Part shown: positions 50,239 through 63,054 of the stretch, one piece after another | How the letters are laid out: each line of letters opens with the position of its first letter | How positions within the stretch are numbered: position 1 is the first letter of the stretch | NCBI GenBank assembly: GCA_048498155.1 | Contig: JBEHYN010000007.1 | Coordinates: forward strand, 7,579 to 71,578 | Source of the DNA: Pseudomonadota bacterium | GTDB taxonomy: Bacteria > Pseudomonadota > Alphaproteobacteria > Caulobacterales > Caulobacteraceae | DNA: 64,000 nt | Direction of reading: 5' to 3' | The notes under the pieces: model-generated | The model's database searches: none | What the model was told of the DNA's origin: nothing | What the model saw: only the letters and a program-made list of their open reading frames with translations | Position numbers and translations under genes: made by a program

Positions 50239-50925
50239 TCAATGAGCCGTCAGAGCGCGCCGTTGGCGGACGATCTCAGCATAGGCGGCGTTGATGGCCG
50301 AAGCCTTGGCATGGGCAACCTCGACGAACTCCGCCGGCAGACCCCGCGCCAACACCCGATCGGGGTGGGCGTCGGACAAGGCGCTGCGCCACGCGCCGCG
50401 AACAACCTCATCGGCTGCATCGTGAGGCACGTTCAGCACGACGTAGGGATCGCCTGGCCGCACGCCCAAATGCACGGCCCGCAGACGCTGAAACGTCAGG
50501 GGGCTGAGGCCGAACAACTCCGACACCCGCTCCAGGTAAGCCAACTCGTCAGAGGTGACCACGCCGTCGGCCTGGGCGATGTGAAACAGGCCGTCGAGCA
50601 CGTCTTCGAGGAGCAGGGGACAGCCGCGATAGCGCTTGGCGAGGCGCTTGGCATAGCTTTCAAAACCGTGGGTGGTCTGGCGGGCCAGATCGTATAGCCG
50701 CTCGATATTGCGCTCACCGCCCGGTTCAGGGTTGAACACCTCGGTGAAAACCGTGAATTCCTCTGGGTCCACACGGCCATCGGCCTTGGCCAGCTTGGCT
50801 CCCAGCGCGGTCACCGCCGTGGAAAAGGCGGGGTCCTCGCCGGGCAGGCCGGGCGGGCATTGGTCGCAGCCGGCGTCGTCAACACGCCGGGCGGCCAGAC
50901 TTGCGATGTTGCGCCAAAAAGTCAT
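50239..50925 (-). CDS. DjlA-like co-chaperone (TerB-like N-domain plus C-terminal J domain)
   Basis: 228 aa. KADGRVDPEEF and IAQADGVVTSDELAYL (TerB-like), then DPYVVLNVPHDAADEVVRGAWRSALSDAHPDR (J domain with HPD). Confidence 0.7.
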   Translation of the reverse strand: MTFWRNIASLAARRVDDAGCDQCPPGLPGEDPAFSTAVTALGAKLAKADGRVDPEEFTVFTEVFNPEPGGERNIERLYDLARQTTHGFESYAKRLAKRYRGCPLLLEDVLDGLFHIAQADGVVTSDELAYLERVSELFGLSPLTFQRLRAVHLGVRPGDPYVVLNVPHDAADEVVRGAWRSALSDAHPDRVLARGLPAEFVEVAHAKASAINAAYAEIVRQRRALTAH

Positions 50926-50959
50926 CGGAGTAAGCCAAGCTTAGGATTACGGCGGCCCT

Positions 50960-53900
50960 ATGACAACCGAAATTTGCAACACACACAGTGGCGGTTGGTC
51001 GTTCTGGGTCGACCGGGGCGGCACCTTTACCGACGTGATCGGCCATGCGCCCGATGGGCAACTGCATACCCTAAAGTTGCCCTCCGCCTCAGCCCACTAT
51101 GCTGACGCAGCTGTGGAGGCCATGCGGCGGCTGTTGGGCGCAACGTCGGGCGTGCCCTTCCCCGCCGAACGGGTCGAGTCCATCAAGATGGGCACGACGG
51201 TGGCCACCAACGCCCTGTTGGAGCGCAAGGGCGCCAAGACCCTGCTGATCGCCACCCAAGGCTTTGGCGACGCCCTGGAGATCGGCGACCAGGCGCGGCC
51301 GGACCTGTTCGCCCTGGACATCCATAAGCCCGAGCCTTTGCACGCAGGCGTGTTGGAGGCGCGCGAGCGGCTGGACGCGGAAGGACAGGTTCTAGTCGCC
51401 CTGGACGAAGCGGACCTCGCGGCGGGGCTGGCCCAAGCCAGGGCCGACGGCTTCGTTTCAGCCGCCATCGCCTTCCTGCACGCCGACCTCAATCCCGCCC
51501 ACGAAAGGGCTGCGGGAAAATTGGCCCAGGCGGCTGGGTTCGCGCACGTGACCCTATCCCACGAGGCCTCGCCCCTGCCCCGCTGGGTTCCACGGGCCCG
51601 CACGGCGGTGATCGACGCCTACCTGACGCCCGTCCTGAAAGCCTATGTCGATCAGGTGGCCGGTGCCGTGGGGGGCGCGCCGCTGTATTTCATGACCTCC
51701 TCCGGCGCCATGGCGCGAGCCGAGGCGTTTCGCGGCAAAGATGCGGTGCTGTCCGGTCCGGCCGGCGGGGCCGTAGGCGCGGCCCGCACCGCCAGCGACG
51801 CGGGCGCCGCAGCTGTGCTGGGATTCGACGTCGGCGGGACCTCCACCGATGTGTGCCGCTTCGCCGGAACGCTGGAACGGCGCGAGGCCCTAAGCGTCGC
51901 CGGGATCGAACTGCGGACCCCAACGCTAGACGTGCAGACCGTGGCGGCAGGTGGCGGGTCGATCTTGACCTATGACGGCTTTCGCGCCCGCGCCGGACCG
52001 CACAGCGCCGGCGCCGACCCAGGGCCTGCCGCCTATGGCCGGGGCGGCCCCGCCACGGTGACGGACGCTAACCTAGTGCTGGGTAGGCTGGACGGGCGGT
52101 TCTTCCCACAGGTGTTTGGGCCGGCTGGCAATCAGCCACTCGATATCCAGGTCGCCCGGACACGCCTGAGTGAGCTGGCCGCCGCCATGGGCGCACCGAG
52201 CGCCGAAGCGGCGGCTGAGGGCTTTGTCGCCATCACCGTGGAGCAAACCGCCCAGGCCATCCGCCGCATCTCCACCGAGCGCGGCTTCGACCCGCGCGGT
52301 CACGCGCTGGTTGCGTTCGGAGGCGCGGCCGGACAGATCGCGTGCTGGACGGCGGACGCCTTGGGCGCGCGCGAAGTGCTGTGCCCGCGATATGGCAGCC
52401 TGCTGTCGGCCTGGGGCATAGGCCAAGCCCAGGTACGCAGCTTGCAGCAAGCCGGGCTGGAGGCGCCGCTGGACGACGCGGGGCTGGAGCGGGCTGGGGC
52501 CTTGGCGGGCCGACTGGAGTCGCAGGCCAAGGCTGCGCTCGTCGCTCAGGGCGCCGAACCCGGCGAGGTCAGCAGGCGCTTGATGCTGCGCTACGACGGC
52601 TCTGATTCGGCGTTGGAGGTCGCTTTTGGATCGCCGACCGAAACGCGCGCCGTGTTCGAAGCCGCCCACCAACGTCTATTCGGATTCGCGGAGCCTAAAC
52701 GCGGGGTCTTGATCGCGAGCGTTGAAGTTGAGGCACTCCCTTCCCCCTCGAGGGGGGAAGGGGCGGGGATGGGGGTGAACGCGCTGACGGAACGGGATCG
52801 GGCGCAAGTGGCGGACCGCCTCCAGAGTCCACCAAGCAGTGTCGCGGGCCCACCCCCATCCCTCCCCTTCTCCCCTGGAGGGGGAAGGATGCTCTTTGCA
52901 AACGGCATGGCTCATGAGGCAGCCATCATCGATGCCGACAACTTCGCCTCCATCCATGGCCCCGTTCTGATCATCCGAGGGGACACACAGATCGCCGTGG
53001 CGCCAGGTTGGCGGGCGCAGCGTGAGGCGGGGGGACTGATCCGGCTGATCCGTGAGGGCGCGGCGCTCACCGACACTGCCGACCCCTCGGCGCCGGACCC
53101 CGTGACCCTGGAGCTGTTCAACCGGCGCTTCATGGGCGTGGCGGAGGCGATGGGCGCAGCGCTGGAACGCACGGCTCATTCGGTCAACATCAAAGAACGC
53201 CTGGACTTCTCCTGCGCCCTGTTTGACGCGGACGGCGGGCTGGTGGCCAACGCGCCGCACATGCCGGTGCACCTGGGCTCCATGGGCGCCAGCGTGAAGG
53301 CGGTCAAGGCGCGCCATCCGATCCTGCAGCCTGGTCAGGCCTTCGCCCTGAACAATCCCTATGACGGCGGCACGCACTTGCCCGATGTGACGGTGGTCAT
53401 GCCGGTATTCTTGGCGCAGGGCCATGCCCCCGCGTTCTATCTGGCCGCGCGCGGCCACCATGCCGACATCGGCGGAATCCAGCCCGGTTCCATGCCGCCC
53501 TTCTCACGGACCATCGACGAGGAAGGGGTGCTTCTGGACGCCTTGCCGATCATGCAGGGCGGCGCCCTGCTGGAGGCCGACATCCGCGCCGCCCTGGCCG
53601 CCGGCCCCTATCCGGCCCGGGCGCCGGATCGCAACCTGGCGGATCTGAAGGCCCAGATCGCCGCCTGCCAGGCCGGAGCCACAGCGGTTTCGCAGATGAT
53701 CGAGGCCTATGGCGGGGCGAGCGTCGCCCGCTACATGGGCTTCGTGCAGGACAACGCCGAGGCCTGCGTGCGGCGCGCCATCGGCCGGCTTAGCGACGGA
53801 CAGGCGCGCCTGCCCATGGACGGCGGCGCCGAGATTTGCGTGAGCATCTCAGTGAACACCGAGGCCGGCGAGGCGACGCTCGACTTCACCGGGACCAGCG

Positions 53901-54628
53901 CGGTGCAGCCAAATAACTTCAATGCTCCAACCGCCATCGTGCACGCGGCGGCGCTCTATGTCTTCCGCACCCTGGTGGATGACGATATTCCGCTGAACGC
54001 GGGCTGTCTGAAGCCGCTCAAGATCATTGTGCCGCAGGGATCGATGCTGGCCCCTCGTTGGCCCGCCGCCGTGGTCGCCGGCAATGTGGAGACCAGTCAG
54101 CACATCGTCGACGCCCTCTATCAAGCACTCGGCGTGATGGCCAACGCCCAGGGCTCAATGAACAACTTCACCTTCGGCGACGATGACCGGCAGTACTACG
54201 AAACCTTGTGCGGCGGCGCAGGAGCCACCGACCGTGCGCCGGGCGCTTCGGCGGTGCACACCCATATGACCAATTCACGGCTGACCGATCCGGAAATTCT
54301 TGAACGCCGGTTCCCCGTGCGACTGGAAAAGTTCGCCATACGGCGCGGATCAGGGGGGAACGGCCGGCGTCCCGGCGGCGATGGAGTATGGCGCAGCCTA
54401 AGATTTCTCGCGCCGACCCTGGCGGCCCTGCTGTCCACACGCAGGCTCACCCGTCCGCTTGGCGCGGCGGGCGGTGGCGCGGCAGCGGCGGGCCATCAAC
54501 GTTTGATAAGCGCGTCAGGCGAGTCTAAGGACTTGGCAGGCTGCTTTTCAATATGGGCGGCCGAAGGCGAGGTGATCGAGATTCTGACTCCCGGGGGCGG
54601 GGGGTACGGAGCGGTCACGGATCGCTGA
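50960..54628 (+). CDS. fused hydantoinase A/B family protein (5-oxoprolinase-like)
   Basis: 1222 aa. N-terminal [16 protein letters not shown] (HyuA) and central [44 protein letters not shown] (HyuB). Carries an in-frame repeat-derived segment at 52738-52888. Confidence 0.9.
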   Translation: MTTEICNTHSGGWSFWVDRGGTFTDVIGHAPDGQLHTLKLPSASAHYADAAVEAMRRLLGATSGVPFPAERVESIKMGTTVATNALLERKGAKTLLIATQGFGDALEIGDQARPDLFALDIHKPEPLHAGVLEARERLDAEGQVLVALDEADLAAGLAQARADGFVSAAIAFLHADLNPAHERAAGKLAQAAGFAHVTLSHEASPLPRWVPRARTAVIDAYLTPVLKAYVDQVAGAVGGAPLYFMTSSGAMARAEAFRGKDAVLSGPAGGAVGAARTASDAGAAAVLGFDVGGTSTDVCRFAGTLERREALSVAGIELRTPTLDVQTVAAGGGSILTYDGFRARAGPHSAGADPGPAAYGRGGPATVTDANLVLGRLDGRFFPQVFGPAGNQPLDIQVARTRLSELAAAMGAPSAEAAAEGFVAITVEQTAQAIRRISTERGFDPRGHALVAFGGAAGQIACWTADALGAREVLCPRYGSLLSAWGIGQAQVRSLQQAGLEAPLDDAGLERAGALAGRLESQAKAALVAQGAEPGEVSRRLMLRYDGSDSALEVAFGSPTETRAVFEAAHQRLFGFAEPKRGVLIASVEVEALPSPSRGEGAGMGVNALTERDRAQVADRLQSPPSSVAGPPPSLPFSPGGGRMLFANGMAHEAAIIDADNFASIHGPVLIIRGDTQIAVAPGWRAQREAGGLIRLIREGAALTDTADPSAPDPVTLELFNRRFMGVAEAMGAALERTAHSVNIKERLDFSCALFDADGGLVANAPHMPVHLGSMGASVKAVKARHPILQPGQAFALNNPYDGGTHLPDVTVVMPVFLAQGHAPAFYLAARGHHADIGGIQPGSMPPFSRTIDEEGVLLDALPIMQGGALLEADIRAALAAGPYPARAPDRNLADLKAQIAACQAGATAVSQMIEAYGGASVARYMGFVQDNAEACVRRAIGRLSDGQARLPMDGGAEICVSISVNTEAGEATLDFTGTSAVQPNNFNAPTAIVHAAALYVFRTLVDDDIPLNAGCLKPLKIIVPQGSMLAPRWPAAVVAGNVETSQHIVDALYQALGVMANAQGSMNNFTFGDDDRQYYETLCGGAGATDRAPGASAVHTHMTNSRLTDPEILERRFPVRLEKFAIRRGSGGNGRRPGGDGVWRSLRFLAPTLAALLSTRRLTRPLGAAGGGAAAAGHQRLISASGESKDLAGCFSIWAAEGEVIEILTPGGGGYGAVTDR
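52738..52888. repeat. G-rich double-hairpin palindromic repeat embedded in frame in the oxoprolinase gene
   Basis: Left arm CCCTTCCCCCTCGAGGGGGGAAGGGGCGGGGATGGGGGTG (52738-52777). Inverted right arm CACCCCCATCCCTCCCCTTCTCCCCTGGAGGGGGAAGG (52851-52888). Same architecture as the element at 38011-38130. Confidence 0.65.
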
Positions 54629-54647
54629 CGATCATGAAAGGACCTCG

Positions 54648-55289
54648 ATGCTGCTGGCTTCCTTCCTCGCCCTGGCCCTCGCGGCGGCCGATCCCGCACC
54701 CGATGCGACGGCCGAGCCTGAGGCGCCCACCGCCAAGTCAGCGCCCGTCGCGCCCACGCCCGAGGCGCCGTTTCCAGTCGGCGCCCCGCACGACGACTAC
54801 GGGTTTGTCGGCTGGTGCTTCGGCGCCCTGTCGGGCCACATGGACCTCTACAAGGTGGTCAAGCCCGAACTGGACAAGCAGAGCACCAACCCCAAGGAAG
54901 ACGCGGCGGTGGACGCCGAGCAGATGAAGGCGGGCCTGGAGTATCTAGCGCTTTACAAGCAAGCCATGGAAGCAGCCGAAAAGGCCAGCACCCAGCCGAT
55001 CAACATCCGGGGTGGTCAGGCCGTTCGGGTCGGACAGAGCATCTGGGGCCCCGCTCTGCAGGCCGACGCCAAGACCCAGATGTGGTCATACCTGAGCTGG
55101 GACCTGCCGGGCCGGTGCGAGGTGACGGCTGAGCGGCTGTACGAGAAATCGCTGCTGTCCGCCCAGGCCCTGGGGATCACCATCGAGGACAAAGACAGCA
55201 AGCCAAGCAAGGCCGTGACCACGGCCACAACCAAGGCCGCCGTGACCGACGACACCCCCTCGCCCATCGGCCTGCGCGGGCGAGAATAG
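54648..55289 (+). CDS. hypothetical exported protein
   Basis: 213 aa. Short hydrophobic N-terminus, a Pro/Ala-rich spacer, then a globular part. AGGA precedes the ATG. No family recognised. Confidence 0.5.
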   Translation: MLLASFLALALAAADPAPDATAEPEAPTAKSAPVAPTPEAPFPVGAPHDDYGFVGWCFGALSGHMDLYKVVKPELDKQSTNPKEDAAVDAEQMKAGLEYLALYKQAMEAAEKASTQPINIRGGQAVRVGQSIWGPALQADAKTQMWSYLSWDLPGRCEVTAERLYEKSLLSAQALGITIEDKDSKPSKAVTTATTKAAVTDDTPSPIGLRGRE

Positions 55290-55293
55290 AGGT

Positions 55294-57936
<2,643 letters not shown>

Positions 57937-57993
57937 GATTTTTTGCTCCCCTGTGAAACGGGGGAGCTGGCAGGCGCCGATAGGCGACTGACT

Positions 57994-58066
57994 GAGGGGG
58001 CGTAGCGCACGCACGCCCCCTCCACCACTTCGTGGTCCCCCTCCCCCGCTTCGCAGGGGAGGAGAA
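57994..58066. repeat. G-rich hairpin repeats in the gap between the two metH ORFs
   Basis: GAGGGGGCGT-N9-ACGCCCCCTC (57994-58022) followed by a CCTCCCC-N9-GGGGAGG hairpin (about 58041-58063). Related to the arms of the elements at 38011-38130 and 52738-52888. Confidence 0.5.
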
Positions 58067-58096
58067 GACCGCAGATATTGACGAAGACGGGACGCA

Positions 58097-59158
58097 TCAA
58101 GCCAACTCGAACGGTTCGAGCCCTGACAGCCTCAGCGCCTTAGGGCGTTCGGGCACGGCGCGGGGCTTTAGGCCGGCGACGGCGGCAGCCACGTGGCGGA
58201 TGTGGTCGGGCGTCGTGCCACAGCAGCCGCCAAGAATGTTGACGATGCCTTCTTCGGCCCACTCGTGCAGCATGTGGGCTGTCTGGTCGGGCTGCTCGTC
58301 GTACTGGCCCATGGCGTTGGGCAGGCCGGCGTTGGGATAGGCAGCCACCAGAGTGTCGGCGATGCGCGACATTTCGGCGATATGCGGCCGCATCAGCTCC
58401 GCGCCTAGGGCGCAGTTAAATCCCACGGCGAAGGGCTTGGCGTGGCGCACGGAGTTCCAGAAGGCTTCGGCCGTCTGGCCCGTGAGCGTGCGGCCAGACC
58501 GGTCGGTGATGGTGCCGGAGATCCAAATCGGCAGGGGCTCAAGCCCATCGTCCTGAAGGTCCAAAATCGCCTTCAGCGCCGCCTTGGCGTTGAGAGTGTC
58601 GAAGATGGTCTCCACCAAGAACAGGTCCACCCCGCCCTCATGCAGGGCCAGCACCTGCTCACGATAGGCGTCATAGACCTGGTCAAACGTCACCGCTCGG
58701 GCGGCGGGATCGTTCACGTCCGGCGAGATCGACAGTGTACGGTTCAACGGCCCCACGGCGCCGGCCAGAAAGCGCGGCTTGTCCGGCTGCTGCGCGGTCC
58801 AGCGATCGGCGCTTTCCCTGCCCAGGCGCGCGGCTTCCAGATTCAGATCGCGCACGGCGCTTTCCAGCCCGTAATCGGCCTGGGCGATCGCGGTGGAGGA
58901 GAAGGTGTTGGTCTCGCTGATATCCGCGCCCGCCGCATAATAGGCGTCGTGCAGACCCAGCACGATGTCGGGCCGGGTCAGGTTCAGCAGGTCGTTGTTG
59001 CCCTTGAGCGGATCGGGATGATCCTTGAAACGCACGCCGCGAAAGTCGTCTTCCGACAAGCTCTCGCGCTGGATCATCACGCCCCATGAGCCGTCCAAGA
59101 TCAGCACGCGCTGCTGAGCGGCGGCTTGTAGAGCGGCGATACGGTCGGCGCGGGTCAT
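58097..59158 (-). CDS. metH: homocysteine S-methyltransferase domain protein (N-terminal part of split MetH)
   Basis: 353 aa. Contains [18 protein letters not shown] and [11 protein letters not shown]. It ends ...[12 protein letters not shown], the position where single-chain MetH continues into the pterin module. Confidence 0.9.
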   Translation of the reverse strand: MTRADRIAALQAAAQQRVLILDGSWGVMIQRESLSEDDFRGVRFKDHPDPLKGNNDLLNLTRPDIVLGLHDAYYAAGADISETNTFSSTAIAQADYGLESAVRDLNLEAARLGRESADRWTAQQPDKPRFLAGAVGPLNRTLSISPDVNDPAARAVTFDQVYDAYREQVLALHEGGVDLFLVETIFDTLNAKAALKAILDLQDDGLEPLPIWISGTITDRSGRTLTGQTAEAFWNSVRHAKPFAVGFNCALGAELMRPHIAEMSRIADTLVAAYPNAGLPNAMGQYDEQPDQTAHMLHEWAEEGIVNILGGCCGTTPDHIRHVAAAVAGLKPRAVPERPKALRLSGLEPFELA

Positions 59159-60084
59159 GGCAGGGCCTCCACAGGCGTGGGCGCGCTGACGCCCAGCACA
59201 CGGCAGATGGCATAGACCAAGTCAGCACGGTTCAAGGTGTAGAAGTGAAAGTCGGTGAAGCCGCGCTCCTCCAACTCCGCGCACATCTCGCAGGCCACAG
59301 AGCAGGCGATCAGGCGGCGGGTGTCGGGGTCTTCGTCCAGGCCGTCGAACAGCTTGTAGAGCCAGTCGGGCAACCGCGCCTGACACAGCCGGGTCATGCG
59401 CACCAAGCCCTTGAAATTGGTCACTGGCATGATCCCCGGCACGATCGGGATATTGATTCCCGCCGCGCGCGCCTGATCGACGAAGCGAAGGAAGGCCTCG
59501 GTATCCATGAACAGCTGGCTGATGGCGCGCGTGGCCCCCGCGTCGACCTTGGCCTTGAGCACATCGATGTCGTGCGCCAGGGACGGGCTTTCGGGATGCT
59601 TTTCCGGATAGCAGCCCACCGACACCTCGAAGGGCGCGATGCGGGTGATGGCGGCGGTTAGTTCGGTCGCGTTGGCATAACCATCCGTAGGCGGAACATA
59701 GGCGCCGCCCACCTGGCCGGGTGGGTCGCCGCGTAGGGCCACGATGTGGCGCACGCCCGCGTCCCAATAGTCTTTGATGACCTCGTCCACCTCAGCGCGC
59801 GAAGCAGCCACGCAGGTCAGGTGGGCGGCTGGGATAAGCTGGGTATCTTGCAGGATACGCCGCACCGTGCGGTGGGTACGCTCACGCGTTGAGCCGCCCG
59901 CGCCGTAGGTGACGGAGACGAATTCGGGCTGCAGGGGTTCAAGGCGCCGAATGGCCTTCCACAGGCTTTCCTCTGATTCCTCGCTCTTGGGCGGGAAGAA
60001 CTCAAAGGACACCTTGGCCTTAGAGCCGCGGGCGCCCGCCCGGGCCATGGCCCCCACGGTCCGGCTGTCCTCGGCGGGACTCAT
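59155..60084 (-). CDS. metF: 5,10-methylenetetrahydrofolate reductase
   Basis: 309 aa. Contains SFEFFPPK, VTYGAGGSTR and HLTC. Its stop overlaps the start of the next ORF. Confidence 0.9.
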   Translation of the reverse strand: MSPAEDSRTVGAMARAGARGSKAKVSFEFFPPKSEESEESLWKAIRRLEPLQPEFVSVTYGAGGSTRERTHRTVRRILQDTQLIPAAHLTCVAASRAEVDEVIKDYWDAGVRHIVALRGDPPGQVGGAYVPPTDGYANATELTAAITRIAPFEVSVGCYPEKHPESPSLAHDIDVLKAKVDAGATRAISQLFMDTEAFLRFVDQARAAGINIPIVPGIMPVTNFKGLVRMTRLCQARLPDWLYKLFDGLDEDPDTRRLIACSVACEMCAELEERGFTDFHFYTLNRADLVYAICRVLGVSAPTPVEALP

Positions 60085-61049
60085 GGTTCGATCCTTTTCT
60101 CATTGGGGCGCGGGCCGCTCCACACATGCACGGTCAGGCCGTCGGCCTTGGCTGGTGGTAGGGCTATACGGCCGAGCGGCGACAGCCCGGCGGCCTTTAG
60201 CCAGCCCTTCATCTCGTCGTCTGAAAATCCCAGGCGGCGGTGCTGGTGCTGCTCGCGCAGATATTCCAGCCGATGCGGCGCGAAGTCGGCGATCACCAGC
60301 CGGCCGCCGGGAGCCACCAACCGCGCGGCCTCGGCCACGGCGGCGGCCGGATCGGTGAGGTAGTGCAGCACCTGATGCACCACCACCAAGTCGGCATAGC
60401 CTTCCGGCAGGCGGGTGGCGAAGATGTCCCCGTGGCGCAATTCGCACTGGCTCAAGCCCGCCTTGGCGGTCTGGGCGCGGGCGATGTTGAGCATCTGTTG
60501 AGACAAATCCAGGCCAATGGCGCTTTCGGCCTTAGGCCCAAAAAGCGTCAGCATCCGGCCTGATCCTGAGCCGAGGTCGATCATGCGGCGGAATGGCCCA
60601 GGCCCCGCGGCCTGGCGCAGGGCTTCCTCCACCTCTGCTTCATCCACATAGAGCGAGCGAATTTCGTCCCAATGGGCGGCGTTTTGGGCGAAATAGGCCG
60701 CCGCATCCTTTGACCGGCCGGCCTGCACCTCCGCTAAGCGCTCCGCATCGCGCGCCAGCACTGGATCGGCAGGATCAATCATGCCGAGCAGATCGAGCAC
60801 GGCGGCGCGAGGCCTTGCCTCGCCCGTCAGGCGGTAGAACACCCAGGCGCCGTCCGGAAACCGTTCAGCTAAGCCTGCTTCGCTCAGCAGCTTCAAATGC
60901 CGCGAGACGCGAGGCTGGCTTTGATCCAGTATATGACACAGTTCCATGACGGCCAGTTCGCCGCGGGCGAGCAGGGCGAGGATGCGCAAGCGGGAAGGCT
61001 CCCCCGTCGCGCGCAGAATCTCGATCACCTGAACGGCGTTCATTTTCAC
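60081..61049 (-). CDS. sahR: ArsR-type HTH fused to SAM-methyltransferase-like domain (SahR-type regulator of methionine metabolism)
   Basis: 322 aa. N-terminal GEPSRLRILALLARGELAVMELCHILDQSQPRVSRHLKLL (ArsR wHTH). C-terminal MIDLGSGSGRM methyltransferase fold. It is the first gene of the metF-metH operon. The start is either GTG at 61049 or ATG at 61043. Confidence 0.7.
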   Translation of the reverse strand: MKMNAVQVIEILRATGEPSRLRILALLARGELAVMELCHILDQSQPRVSRHLKLLSEAGLAERFPDGAWVFYRLTGEARPRAAVLDLLGMIDPADPVLARDAERLAEVQAGRSKDAAAYFAQNAAHWDEIRSLYVDEAEVEEALRQAAGPGPFRRMIDLGSGSGRMLTLFGPKAESAIGLDLSQQMLNIARAQTAKAGLSQCELRHGDIFATRLPEGYADLVVVHQVLHYLTDPAAAVAEAARLVAPGGRLVIADFAPHRLEYLREQHQHRRLGFSDDEMKGWLKAAGLSPLGRIALPPAKADGLTVHVWSGPRPNEKRIEP

Positions 61050-61055
61050 GGTTCA

Positions 61056-61073
61056 CATAAAGATATCTTTATG
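61056..61073. promoter_or_regulatory. perfect 18-bp palindrome, candidate SahR/ArsR-type operator
   Basis: CATAAAGATATCTTTATG, followed by a partial third half-site TCTTTATG (61074-61081). It lies 7-13 bp upstream of the sahR start. Confidence 0.5.
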
Positions 61074-61167
61074 TCTTTATGTCAAGCAGTGACCGCTTAA
61101 TTTTGAGCGCCACCCTGGCCATTTGGCCATTAAATAATTCTTTGCGTGTTAGCGGCACAATGCCCCC

Positions 61168-62946
61168 ATGTCGCGAGCACTCAGCCGATTGCAGGCACTA
61201 GGCAAATACCTCGCCTACGGTCCTGACTATGACGCCACCGCACGCAGTGGGCTGAAACTCTCGCCCGCGCGTTTTGCGTTCATCGGCTTCTTTTTCTTCG
61301 CCATCCTCCCGACCCTCGACTGGCGCCTGGTGTGTTTTTGGGGCACGGCGATGGTGGCTCTGGAATTGGGCCTGCGGCGCATCCTGAAACAGCAAATCGT
61401 GGCTGCGGGCCGTTTAACCCGCCGGTTCAGAATTGCCGGCTCCCTGTCAGCGAGCGCGGGGTGGGTCGCCATTGCCGCAGCCTGCTGGATCAATCCGGAC
61501 CACGATCTGCGGCTGGCGGCTTTGGCCGTATGGACCGGCATGTTCCTTTACGCCCAGGCATCCTGCAGCAAATTCCCTGGCCATTTCTTGCTCACCGGCG
61601 GGCCGCCGGTCGCGGCCATCGTTCTGGCGCCGCTGATCACCTCCGGGATCTCGCCTCAAGCTCGCATCACGATCGAAGGCGCGGTTCTGCTGTCTCTCAT
61701 CCATACCTTGATCTCCGCCCTGACGACCTTCAATCGGCACCGGGAACTGGAACAGGCCCGCCTGGACGCCGAAGCCGCCAGCCAGGCGAAGTCGGACTTC
61801 CTCGCCATGATGAGCCATGAACTGCGCACCCCGCTCAACGGCGTGCTCGGCCTGGCCCATGCATTGGGGAACTCCGGCCTGTCAGCTAAGCAGCAGAATT
61901 TGCTGGAAGGCATTATTCGCTCAGGTGACGGCCTGATGTCGATCCTCAACGACATCCTCGATCTGACCAAGATCGAAGCGGGCCGAATGGAAATCGCTCC
62001 CGCGCCCACGGACATTCACGGCTTGGCCGAGGACATTCGGGGCCTGTTCGCCCCCGCCGCATCCGCCAAGAACATCGGCCTGAGGCTGTCCATTCGCGCC
62101 GAAGTCCCTCCCTGGATTTCTACAGACCCCCTGCGCCTGAAACAGGTGCTGGCCAACCTGATCTCCAACGCATTGAAGTTCACCGACGCCGGCGACGTCA
62201 GCCTGAGCCTGCGCTCGGATGTGGACGCCGAGGGCGCACCAACTCTGATCTTCCGCGTGGACGACACCGGCCCGGGCCTGACCGAAGCCGCGCGGACCAA
62301 ACTTTTCCAACGGTTTTCCCAGGGTGACGGCGGCGTAGCGCGAAGGCATGGCGGCACAGGCCTGGGACTGGCGATATCGCGGGATTTGGCGCGCGCCATG
62401 GGCGGAGATCTATCGCTGATCGACCGGCGTGGTCCCGGGGCCAGCTTCGAAATGAGCCTACCGATCACAGCATGCGCCGCACCGACGGCGCCGTCAGCCC
62501 TGAGTGGCGACGCGGACCCCGTGATTGCCGGCGGCGGGAAGATATCCATCCTGGTGGTGGAGGACAATCCGACGAACCGCGCCGTCGCTCAAGCCTTGCT
62601 AGAGCCTACGGGGTGGCGACTGGCATTCGCCGAAAATGGTGCATTAGGACTGGACGCTCTCAGATCCGGCCTGTTCGACCTTGTCTTGATGGACATCCAC
62701 ATGCCGGTCATGGACGGGCTAAAAGCCCTGGCGGAAATCCGCGGGGGCCGCGCGGGCCGTCGCGACGTTCCGGTGATCGCCCTGACGGCCGACGCCATGT
62801 CGGGCAATCGCGAACAGCTAATGGACGCCGGCTTTGACGGTTATGTGGAAAAGCCGATCAGGCCGCACCTGCTGTTGGCCGCCGTGCAATCGGCCTTAGC
62901 CCCGGTCCCGCAAATCGAAGCGGACGACGATCTGATGATCGCCTGA
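61168..62946 (+). CDS. hybrid sensor histidine kinase/response regulator
   Basis: 592 aa. Multi-TM N-terminus, SHELRTPLNG H-box, GGTGLGLAISR G2 box, and a C-terminal receiver (ILVVEDNPTNR...DLVLMDIHMPVMDG...K). Confidence 0.9.
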   Translation: MSRALSRLQALGKYLAYGPDYDATARSGLKLSPARFAFIGFFFFAILPTLDWRLVCFWGTAMVALELGLRRILKQQIVAAGRLTRRFRIAGSLSASAGWVAIAAACWINPDHDLRLAALAVWTGMFLYAQASCSKFPGHFLLTGGPPVAAIVLAPLITSGISPQARITIEGAVLLSLIHTLISALTTFNRHRELEQARLDAEAASQAKSDFLAMMSHELRTPLNGVLGLAHALGNSGLSAKQQNLLEGIIRSGDGLMSILNDILDLTKIEAGRMEIAPAPTDIHGLAEDIRGLFAPAASAKNIGLRLSIRAEVPPWISTDPLRLKQVLANLISNALKFTDAGDVSLSLRSDVDAEGAPTLIFRVDDTGPGLTEAARTKLFQRFSQGDGGVARRHGGTGLGLAISRDLARAMGGDLSLIDRRGPGASFEMSLPITACAAPTAPSALSGDADPVIAGGGKISILVVEDNPTNRAVAQALLEPTGWRLAFAENGALGLDALRSGLFDLVLMDIHMPVMDGLKALAEIRGGRAGRRDVPVIALTADAMSGNREQLMDAGFDGYVEKPIRPHLLLAAVQSALAPVPQIEADDDLMIA

Positions 62947-63054
62947 ACCGACCAGGTCAATAGTCCTCGGCAGCGCCTGGCCCTGGCCACGGCGACTTGA
63001 AATATCGGTCCCGTCGGTGTCCAGTCTCGGCAACAAAAACCGGAGGAACCGCCC

